IMG/VR virus record: IMGVR_UViG_3300037067_009225
Coordinates: 32,001-96,000 of that record
Length of the DNA stretch: 64,000 bases
Direction: 5' to 3' (one strand)
DNA from: a virus
Taxonomy: Duplodnaviria > Caudoviricetes
The number at the start of each line of letters is the position of its first letter. Positions within the stretch are counted from its first letter, which is position 1. The translations under genes were made by a program, and so were the position numbers. Of this stretch, positions 38,535-47,800 are shown one piece after another. The notes under the pieces are model-generated. The model saw only the letters and a list, made by a program, of their open reading frames with translations. It was not told where the DNA came from and searched no databases.

Positions 38535-39662
38535 ATGCCAAGAAAATTAACAAACGAAGAATTTATTGAAAAAGCTAAAAAAGTTCATGGTGATAAATAT
38601 GATTATAGTTTAGTTGATTATAAAAGAACTGATATAAAAGTTACAATAATTTGTCCAATACATGGTAAATTTGAACAAACACCAGAACTACATTTAAGTG
38701 GATTTAATTGTAAAAAATGTAGTGGGAAAAATATTGGAGAAAAATTAAAATTATCAAACGAAGAATTTATTGAAAAAGCTAAAAAAGTTCATGGTGATAA
38801 ATATGATTATAGTTTAGTTGATTATATAAATTATAAAACACCAATTACTATAATTTGTAAAATACATGGTGAATTTAAACAAACACCCTCAAACCATTTA
38901 CAAGGATATTGTTGTAAAAAATGTTCAAATAATTATCAACCTTCTAATATAGAATTTATTGAAAAATTAAAAAAAGTACATGGCGATAAATATGATTATT
39001 CTTTAGTAGAATATAAAAATAACTGTACTGATATAAAAATAATTTGTAAAAAACATGGTGTTTTTTCACAAAACCCTATAGCACATAGAAATGGTAGTAA
39101 GTGTCCTCATTGTTCTCATAATAAGCATAAAACAACTGAAAGTTTTATTAAAGAAGCAATATCTATACATGGTGATAAATATGATTATTCATTAGTAAAA
39201 TATAAAAATGTAAAAGATTATGTAAAGATAAAATGTATTAAACATAATTATATATTCAAACAAACACCAGATAACCATCTATCTGGTTGTGGTTGTCCAA
39301 AATATAAATTATCTAAAGGAGAAACAAAAATTATGAGATATCTTGAAAGTAAAAATATTTTATATGAATATCAAAAAAAATTCAAAGAATGTAAAAATAT
39401 ATTTGAATTACCTTTTGATTTTTATCTTCCAGAATATAATTTATGTATAGAATTTGATGGAAAACATCATTTTATTAAAAATGAATCATGGGGTGGTGAT
39501 GAATATTTAAATAAAGTTAAAATAAGAGATAAAATAAAAGATGAATATTGTAAAAATATTAATAATATACATCTTTTAAGAATTAAATATGATGAAAATG
39601 TAGTTAAAAAATTAGATCAATTTTTTCAATCATTCTCATTACCTGCAGGTTTCTTATCATAG
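38535..39662 (+). CDS. Putative homing endonuclease: repeated Zn-binding (DUF723-like) units plus PD-(D/E)xK nuclease
   Basis: Four FI.KA...HGDKYDYSLV.Y...I.C..H..F.Q.P..H..G..C..C units; LPFDFY...IEFDG.HH. Confidence 0.85.
   Translation: MPRKLTNEEFIEKAKKVHGDKYDYSLVDYKRTDIKVTIICPIHGKFEQTPELHLSGFNCKKCSGKNIGEKLKLSNEEFIEKAKKVHGDKYDYSLVDYINYKTPITIICKIHGEFKQTPSNHLQGYCCKKCSNNYQPSNIEFIEKLKKVHGDKYDYSLVEYKNNCTDIKIICKKHGVFSQNPIAHRNGSKCPHCSHNKHKTTESFIKEAISIHGDKYDYSLVKYKNVKDYVKIKCIKHNYIFKQTPDNHLSGCGCPKYKLSKGETKIMRYLESKNILYEYQKKFKECKNIFELPFDFYLPEYNLCIEFDGKHHFIKNESWGGDEYLNKVKIRDKIKDEYCKNINNIHLLRIKYDENVVKKLDQFFQSFSLPAGFLS
38551..38826 (+). repeat. Exact 72-bp direct repeat within the endonuclease gene
   Basis: 38551-38622 is identical to 38755-38826. 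Confidence 0.85.
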
Positions 39663-40855
39663 GAAATTTCACCAATTTCTAAAATTCTTTTACACAATTC
39701 AATTTCAGATTTTTCACCTGTATGTTTACCTTTATTATCGCTCAATTTAACTGCTGGTTGCCAAATATTATTTACTTTAACATATGTAATTTTAATTACA
39801 ATATTTAAAGGTTTTACATTTTGAAGATTATTACTAAGATTCGTACCAACACCAAATGCTGAATTAATACCTTTTTCATCACAATATTTTTTAATACTTA
39901 TAGCAGAATTCATATCTAAACCATCACTAAAAATAATAGATTTACTTTTTGGATCAATTTTTAGTGAATTATAATGGTTTACTATTTTATCAACATACTC
40001 ATATGGATTTCCACTGTCATGTCTACATGAATCAAAAAGTTTACTATATTTCGCACCAAATGATTGTAAAAATATATCAGTTGTGTAACAGTCAGTTAAA
40101 GCAGTACCAAGATTTCCTTGATAACTATTAACCCAATTATCAAGAGAAATTGTTGTTGCCATCTTATATCCATATAAAGCAGCATGACACATACTCCATT
40201 CGTGTGGGTGCGTTCCATGTGGATTTAAATTAAACATATGAGCAAAGTGTACATTACTTGTTCCAGTAAATGTGTTTTTATCATAAGAAAGAAAATCTTC
40301 TATAACTTCTTTTTGGTTTTCATAAGAAAATCTTCTTCTTGTTCCAAATTCAGATACTTTTAAATTATTATCAATAATTAATTTTGCTTTATTCAAATTA
40401 TTTGTTTGTCTAATTTTTCTATTATTTGAATCATCAAAATCATATGAATCTGTCATTTCAAAATATAATTCGGATATAATAGCCATCAACGGTGTTTCCC
40501 ACAATACTGATCTGTACCACTTTCCTTCTATAATAACTGATAAATCACCATTATTTAAATTTACAGTAACTTCATTTGGATTGAATGTATATCCTTCAAG
40601 AAAATCTAAAAACCAATCTGGTAAATAACTACCACATTTTTTCATTAAAAATTGTTTTTCTGATTTTGTTAAAGCTACATATGTTAAATTTTGAATTTCT
40701 TTTTCAAGATAATAATCAAATTTATCAGGAAATTTTACATTGTTTCTATTAATAAACTCATATTTAACATCTAAATTTGATAATTCCTTATTGCTGAGGA
40801 TCGCAAACATAGTTGTAAATTTATATAAATCTGTATCAAGAATGCTATTAATCAT
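39626..40855 (-). CDS. pncB: Nicotinate phosphoribosyltransferase
   Basis: LDTDLYKFT, EFGTRRR, GTSNV, GTHPHEW, RHDSG, FSDGL, FGVGT and KLSD motifs. Confidence 0.95.
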   Translation of the reverse strand: MINSILDTDLYKFTTMFAILSNKELSNLDVKYEFINRNNVKFPDKFDYYLEKEIQNLTYVALTKSEKQFLMKKCGSYLPDWFLDFLEGYTFNPNEVTVNLNNGDLSVIIEGKWYRSVLWETPLMAIISELYFEMTDSYDFDDSNNRKIRQTNNLNKAKLIIDNNLKVSEFGTRRRFSYENQKEVIEDFLSYDKNTFTGTSNVHFAHMFNLNPHGTHPHEWSMCHAALYGYKMATTISLDNWVNSYQGNLGTALTDCYTTDIFLQSFGAKYSKLFDSCRHDSGNPYEYVDKIVNHYNSLKIDPKSKSIIFSDGLDMNSAISIKKYCDEKGINSAFGVGTNLSNNLQNVKPLNIVIKITYVKVNNIWQPAVKLSDNKGKHTGEKSEIELCKRILEIGEISYDKKPAGNEND

Positions 40856-40893
40856 AGTTTTTATTTTTAATTTACAAATATAACAATTATTTT

Positions 40894-41451
40894 TTAAATA
40901 ATACTCTTTATTTTATTTTTTCTTATTTCTTTTTTTAATTCTTCATTATTTAATGTTATTAAATCATATATTTCATTTAATCCTAAACTCAAAAATAATT
41001 TTAAACAATTAACATCAGATTTTATAAACCTCTTTGGAGATTTAAATCTCATAATTTTTAATAACTTAAAATATGGTATTCTAATTTCTATATTAGGTGG
41101 TATATTATTATTAGCATTAGAATAAAAATTTATATGTGATATAAAAATTATTATATAATAATTAACAACGTTTTTATAAATACTCAATTTAATATCACCT
41201 TTAACATTTTTATTTTGTGATATAGAATTCACATCATAATATATTGTTTTAAATAAACTAAAAGAACAAAAAATAGATTTATTAAGAATGAAAAGAAAAA
41301 AGGCATATAAAAAAACTAAAATAAAATATTTATATTTATAATTATTTATAAAAGATATTGAAGATATTTTATTAAGAAAAACAACAACTAAAACATACAA
41401 TAGTATGTAAGATGAAATATATAGAGCGTTTTTTAATTTATAATTCTTCAT
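40894..41451 (-). CDS. Membrane protein, RxxK tag (IRKNKIKSII*)
   Basis: Two N-terminal hydrophobic helices. Confidence 0.7.
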   Translation of the reverse strand: MKNYKLKNALYISSYILLYVLVVVFLNKISSISFINNYKYKYFILVFLYAFFLFILNKSIFCSFSLFKTIYYDVNSISQNKNVKGDIKLSIYKNVVNYYIIIFISHINFYSNANNNIPPNIEIRIPYFKLLKIMRFKSPKRFIKSDVNCLKLFLSLGLNEIYDLITLNNEELKKEIRKNKIKSII

Positions 41452-41893
41452 CTTGAAATATACTTTTTATTTTGCTACTTCTACTATAAATTTTAATATC
41501 ACTTAAATATTTTTTTGATAACATTTGTCCATATGAAACACTATTTAAATAAAAATATACATTTAATGCATCATTATCATTATAATCATAATAACCTTCA
41601 AAATGTTCCATTTGTTTTATATTTTTCAAATCAAATTTATGATTTGAAATAGTATTTCTATTAAAAGAATAAATAGCTGGCCCATCACTTCTATGATGTT
41701 TTCCATTACAAAACCAAACAAATCTTGTTGAACCACCAATATAATATTCTTGAAAAGCTGGTTCTTTTAATGAATGTAATGTATAATCTTGTAATTTAAA
41801 AGATTTCCATTTAAATTCATCAGTAAAAATTATTTTACCAACTTCTTTAGTTACTATTACTATTTTTTCTAATTGACATTCTGGTTTAACCAT
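41438..41893 (-). CDS. Hypothetical protein with W..NG..HR.DGPA motif, RxxK tag
   Basis: VWFCNGKHHRSDGPA; SRSSKIKSIF. Confidence 0.7.
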   Translation of the reverse strand: MVKPECQLEKIVIVTKEVGKIIFTDEFKWKSFKLQDYTLHSLKEPAFQEYYIGGSTRFVWFCNGKHHRSDGPAIYSFNRNTISNHKFDLKNIKQMEHFEGYYDYNDNDALNVYFYLNSVSYGQMLSKKYLSDIKIYSRSSKIKSIFQDEEL

Positions 41894-41894
41894 T

Positions 41895-42296
41895 TTATTT
41901 TAAAATTTTTTCTATTTTTAATTTTCTAATATATTTTATTTTTAAAATATCAGCTATTTCTTTATGTCCTAATTCATTTGCAAAATCAGAAGCTGTTTCA
42001 TTATTATAAGTTTTTAAACTAACATCAGCACCATAATTTATCAATAAATCAATCATTTCTTTTTTTCCTTGAATTGCAGCCTATATTAAAGCAGTATGAC
42101 CATCTCTATTTTGATTATTAATATCTGCACCGTTTTGAATTAAATATTTTACAATATCTATTTCACCTTTATATACCATGTGCATCAAAATTGAACTACC
42201 AGTATGTGATTTAATGTTAACATCTATACCAGAATTAATAATTTGTTTTACTATTTCTAAATTATTATCTCTAATATGATCAAATATTTCGTGCAT
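41895..42296 (-). pseudogene. Ankyrin-repeat protein interrupted by an in-frame TAG (42081-42083)
   Basis: GHTALI*AAIQGKKEMIDLLINYGADV...ELGHKEIADIL...YIRKLKIEKILK*; ankyrin consensus continues past the stop. Confidence 0.8.
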
Positions 42297-42373
42297 TTGT
42301 GTAAAAATATACTACAAAGATAACACTTTTTTAAAAAATAAAAAATTAAACCTAATTAATTTTATATATAATT

Positions 42374-43744
42374 ATGAAACAATATGTTTTAAAATATAAA
42401 AACAAAAATATTTTTATGACAAAAATTATTAAAATGAATCTTTTAAAAGATAAAGAATCCCTTATCTATAAATTAAAAAACAAGGATTTACTTGTTTATG
42501 AGGATGTTCAAGGTAGTAAAATATTTGTTAATTGGGATGGTAAGAAATTTGATATCGTACCTAAAAGTTTAAAAAATGAACCTTTAAACTTTGTTGATTT
42601 ATCAATACAAAAATATTACAGTGCAGCCTATATTTATTTTTATAGTTTACCCGACTATGTTTTAAATTTATTAAATCCTAATTGGTGGTTCTGTTTCGAA
42701 TATTTTCCTGATAATCAACCTGCACATATTCAATATAATAGATTACCTAAAAATAACTTAATTTTAAGTTGTATTGTTAAAGGTTCTAAATATACATATA
42801 ATATGGAAGAACTTGTAGAATATTCTAATTTATTTAATGTTGAAAGTTTACCGATTTTATTTAAAGGTAAATTAAGTCCTAAACAAATAGAAGTGTTAGT
42901 TTTATTTTTAAATACATCAGAATCTGATTTAACATATGTTTTTGGTGAAGCTAATTTTGCACATTTTTTTTATAAAATATTAAATCCACTTGAAAAAAAT
43001 TCATTTTTAATGAAAGATGGTGAATATAATAAAAATTTAGAAAAAATAATTTTCAAAATTGATAATGACCATAGATATACATTTGAAATTCTAAATCCTT
43101 TTTATAAAAAAATGACACAAGAAAATAAAACAGAATATGTTGAAATGTATTCTTTAATTTTATTAAATTTCTTAGAATTTTGTCAAATAAATGGAATAGA
43201 TAAATATAAATTATCTAATATAACAAAAGATAAATTATATGTTGATTTAATGTGTAATTTATTTAATGATTATATTATTAATATGAAAAATGATTTAGAT
43301 AGATGGGATATAGATATACCAACATTTTTTACAGAAGATAAATTTAAAATAAATATTGATTTATTAAATAACAAAAAAACTGTTAATAATGTGAAATCTA
43401 ATCCTAAAATAGAATATATTTTTAAAATTATTTTAAATTCTTTTAATAAAACAAAGAAGAAACCTTTTGGTTTATTTACAGAACAAAGTTTAACTTTATT
43501 TAATAATATGGTTATAAAAATTTCAACATATTTAGATAATTTATTAAAAATAAACACTGAATATAATTCACAAAAAATAGATTTATTAAATTTTAATGAT
43601 TTCTTTAATATTAAATATAATGTTGATTCAACAGGTAGAATATATTTAGATGATGATAAATTAAAACCTGAAGAAGAAATAGCAACTACAAATAAAAAGA
43701 AGAAAAAAGTTGGTGAAGTATTACCAAAAAAATCAATGAAATAA
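42374..43744 (+). CDS. Hypothetical protein, possibly an inactive RNA-ligase (Rnl2-like) fold
   Basis: VYEDVQGS, FCFEYF, PILFKG and LEKIIFK resemble ligase motifs but lack the catalytic Lys. Confidence 0.5.
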   Translation: MKQYVLKYKNKNIFMTKIIKMNLLKDKESLIYKLKNKDLLVYEDVQGSKIFVNWDGKKFDIVPKSLKNEPLNFVDLSIQKYYSAAYIYFYSLPDYVLNLLNPNWWFCFEYFPDNQPAHIQYNRLPKNNLILSCIVKGSKYTYNMEELVEYSNLFNVESLPILFKGKLSPKQIEVLVLFLNTSESDLTYVFGEANFAHFFYKILNPLEKNSFLMKDGEYNKNLEKIIFKIDNDHRYTFEILNPFYKKMTQENKTEYVEMYSLILLNFLEFCQINGIDKYKLSNITKDKLYVDLMCNLFNDYIINMKNDLDRWDIDIPTFFTEDKFKINIDLLNNKKTVNNVKSNPKIEYIFKIILNSFNKTKKKPFGLFTEQSLTLFNNMVIKISTYLDNLLKINTEYNSQKIDLLNFNDFFNIKYNVDSTGRIYLDDDKLKPEEEIATTNKKKKKVGEVLPKKSMK

Positions 43745-43747
43745 AAA

Positions 43748-43771
43748 AAAGGGTGTTTTTTTACACCCTTT
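43748..43771. terminator. Bidirectional intrinsic terminator
   Basis: AAAGGGTGT...ACACCCTTT between convergent genes. Confidence 0.75.
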
Positions 43772-43789
43772 CTTTTTTATATAATATTT

Positions 43790-44176
43790 TTAATCGTTTA
43801 TTTCTGGTGCAACATATTTAATACTATTCATAATATTATCATTTAGTTTCTTCAAAGAAATAAAAGTATTAAACATTTCTATTCGTTTATTATGATAATA
43901 TTTCATCATTTCAAACCTTTTTGTTTGAAATTTCTTAAAATCAAATTTCATAACTTCATAATTTTTTGCTTCATATTTTAATGATTTTTCTAATAAAATC
44001 ATATGTTTTTCTAATGATTCATAAGCATTTTTTACTATACTATTATCATTATTTGTTACATTAACAATTTTCTCATTTATATTTTTATCACCATTTGATG
44101 CTATTAATAAATTAAAAGAACTAATTGTGATAATAATTACTAACATTGCGATAATTTTTTTAAATATTGTTTTCAT
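43790..44176 (-). CDS. Putative secreted protein
   Basis: N-terminal signal-peptide-like MKTIFKKIIAMLVIIITISSFNLLIA. Confidence 0.65.
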   Translation of the reverse strand: MKTIFKKIIAMLVIIITISSFNLLIASNGDKNINEKIVNVTNNDNSIVKNAYESLEKHMILLEKSLKYEAKNYEVMKFDFKKFQTKRFEMMKYYHNKRIEMFNTFISLKKLNDNIMNSIKYVAPEIND

Positions 44177-44301
44177 ATTTTTATATTTATTATTTTTATT
44201 ACATTATCATATATCATGCCAAAAAAAAGTTAAAATCTTATTTGATGTGTGGTTTTATATTTTAATTTTTAATATATAATAAAAACTATTTTTTTATTTA
44301 A

Positions 44302-44889
44302 ATGGCTCAAAAAATAAAAATTAAACAATTAACATCAGGGTTAGAAACAAGTGGAAAAACATTATTAAGTGATGGTTCTGGTTTATTATCATTTGGTTAT
44401 TCTCAATCAGAAAAAGGTACAATATTTCCAATTAAACCTGTTAATGGTGATAAATTTTATTATTTAATTGATAACGAAGAATATATCTTTGATGGTGTTA
44501 GAGATAAATGGTTATCGTTAAAAAGAGAAACTATTATATTAGGTAGAAATAGTATAGCATTTAATGTATCAGCATATTTAGGTATTGCAGATAACGTACA
44601 TTCAAGCACATCTGGTATTTTAATGAAATATAACGGTACAATATTATCAGCATCTATTGATAATAATAATAATATGAATTCTGATAGAATAATTGAAATT
44701 AGAGTTAATAATAGTTTATCTAATAAGGTTGTGTTAACAATTTTAAATGGTACTAAATCTATTAGTGTGAACAATGCTAATATAAATTTTGAAAGTGGTG
44801 ATATATTACATTCAATAGCATTAAATAATGATGTTGAACCATCATTAGAAAATATAAGTCTTATAATAGAAATAGCTAAAAGAAATTAA
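44302..44889 (+). CDS. Putative tail-fibre-associated structural protein
   Basis: GT.FP..P..GD.FY motif; KIKIKQL N-terminus similar to the DGDLAC family; late-type promoter. Confidence 0.6.
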   Translation: MAQKIKIKQLTSGLETSGKTLLSDGSGLLSFGYSQSEKGTIFPIKPVNGDKFYYLIDNEEYIFDGVRDKWLSLKRETIILGRNSIAFNVSAYLGIADNVHSSTSGILMKYNGTILSASIDNNNNMNSDRIIEIRVNNSLSNKVVLTILNGTKSISVNNANINFESGDILHSIALNNDVEPSLENISLIIEIAKRN

Positions 44890-44894
44890 ATATT

Positions 44895-47800
44895 ATGATA
44901 AGAGAAGTATTTATAGTAAAGAATAACATAACAAGTGATGTAGAATTGAAAGATTTTGGTTATATTATACCATCTGGACAAACTGTTGAATTACAAGATT
45001 ATAATAAAGCTGTTTTGTCTGATGAATTATATAATTATTTAAGTGGTAATACATTGATTAGAATTATAGATAACAACGAAGTTTCTTTTGAAAATTCATA
45101 TGATGTTGTTACTAATAATTATTTTGAAGAATCATATAAAGAAATAAGTGTTGCTAAAAGTGGTGCAACATTCAATTCTATACAATCTGCTATTGATTCA
45201 ATAAGTGGAGCAACAACAAATAACAGATATGTTATTAATGTTGGTGTTGGTGATTATATAGAAAACATAATATTAAAAGATTATGTTATAGTACAAGGTA
45301 TATCACAATCAACAGTTAGAATATATGGTAATTTAACAGTGCAAAGTGGTTCTACTGGATATTGTAAAATTAAAGATGTTCAATTTATAACATATGATGA
45401 ATCAACCGCAGTATTAAATACATCTGGTACAATTATTATTTCTGATGTTACATTAAATAGTATATGGAGTGGAACAACACAAAATAAATATGTTGTTGAT
45501 TTACAAAAAGGAGATATTCAAATTATTGGTAAATCAACATTAATATTAACTGATTCTTATTTAGGCGTAGAAAATACTACAAATTTTATTTTTAATATAA
45601 ATGGTAATGATATTGTTAAAATGTTAGCTATTAATATTATATGTACAAAAAATGTATATAATGATAATAATTTAATTGGTAATGTTAATAACACAAACAC
45701 AAATAGTGAAACTTGTGTAAAAATTAGAAACTCAACATTTCAAACTTTATTATATGGGTTAAATTCAAATAATATTATATATGATATTTTTCATAGTGGG
45801 GCATCTTGTATAACAGAAATATATAATACTGCTTTTGATACAGATATAATTAATGATGAAAATGCAACAATAAAATATATATCAGCTTATAATTCTTATT
45901 CGCAAGGATATGGTTCAACCATTAATATAATTTCAAGTAAAATATCTTGGTGTGATATTATTGATGATTCAGATATTTATATTGGTGCTTCTATTTCTGA
46001 TATTGATATAGTTAAAATTATTAATTGTACATATAATACATATAATGATACATTACCAACTATTTATACAAATGATGGTAATTCAGGTTTTACTTATTAT
46101 TCTATAAATAATGGTGTTGGTACATATTACGTTAATGATAAATTAGTAACAAATAATATATTAATAGGTGGTATAAATTCTATTGTAATATCTAATGTAT
46201 TAGATATATTAAGTGGTTATAGTACATCATCATTAGTAACCGAAAATGGTATTAGAAATTTCTATCAAAATGGTGTTTCTGAAATTATATTTACAAACAC
46301 TGGATGGACAAACACTACACAAACTGTAGAAAGTTTTTTAGAAGATTTAACAGAATATACAGAACAAACAAATGGTAGTGGTGTAAATGATCAATATAAT
46401 TTATTATTTGGTGCTGAAACAAGTACGGTAACTATTTCTGGTGGAACTGGTTATATAAATTATTTACATTTTCATAAAAAAATCACTTGGAATACAACAC
46501 AAATTGTTGTTAGTGGTTATACTGATGATTTATATCATGTTTATATTGATTCTAATGTTAATATTAATATATCAAATACTGAACCAAATAAATATCAAAA
46601 TATTTATTTGGGTATGTTTTATTATTCTGGTGGCAAAATTGTAAATATTGTAGACATATCATTAAAATTAAATAATTCAATGAATTTAGCTTTAGATTCT
46701 ATGACTAATTTAGGTATGTTTATTTATGATAATGGTGGAAATGTTCAAGCATTAACTGCTAATACATTACAAATTTATAGTTCACCTTGTAAAGCACAAT
46801 TTGGTTTTACAAAATATGATTTATCATATATAGATAGTACAAATACAACAACATTTAAATTTGTTTTTACATATGAAACATCTAACATTGGGTTTCAAGT
46901 TGATTTTTATAGAATGTTTAATCCAACAAAATTAGGTGAAATTTATACTGATAGATATAATGATCAATATGGTGTTGCAGATGTTGAATTATCTGGTATT
47001 ACAGCAACTTTCACAACAAATAGTAATTTAGTAACATCTTCATCCGATTTAACATCATTATTAAATGATGATTATTATATTTATTTCGTTGATGATACAT
47101 CATTATATATGACACCTATTTCATCAGTTACATGGAATGGTTCAACAACAACAATAACATTAGAAAGTGAATATTTAGGTTCTGGTGGTACAGGTAGTGT
47201 TTATTATAATAGTTGTTTACCAAAAATACCAACTGATGAATATATTAAACATTTAATTATTAGACAAACTAATGATACACTTGTTCTTGTAATGTCACAA
47301 TTAACTTTTAATACAGATTCAGAAGCTATTTCAGGGCCAATCCCTGAACCACCAACTTATTTAGAAAAATTTATTATTAAAATGGCATCTATTGTTACTA
47401 AACAAGGTGATACAACATTAGTAGGTAAAATATATGACATTAGACCATTACCATTTCTTTATAGTACACTTAGTGGTAGTGGCGGTGGTGTTTCTTCTCA
47501 TAGTGCATTATCAGATTTAGGTAATGATGACCACTTACAATATCTTAGAACAGATGGAACAAGAAATATAACAGATATTATTTCTTATAATAATAATAAT
47601 AAAACATTTTTAACTGATACTGATATTATCAGTAAAAAATATGTTGATGATGGATTAGATGAAAAATCTGATAGTGGACATACTCACACAATTATAAATA
47701 ATAGTTTAATTATATCTGGTGATTTAACAGTATCTGGTACTACAACTTTTATAAATACCGAAGATTTAAATGTTTTTGATAATATGATCTATATTAATAG

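Noticed and set aside
38551-39300. Regularly spaced repeats resembling a CRISPR array
   Set aside because: Repeats are in-frame protein domain repeats of an endonuclease; spacing of about 200 nt is too long and no cas genes are present.
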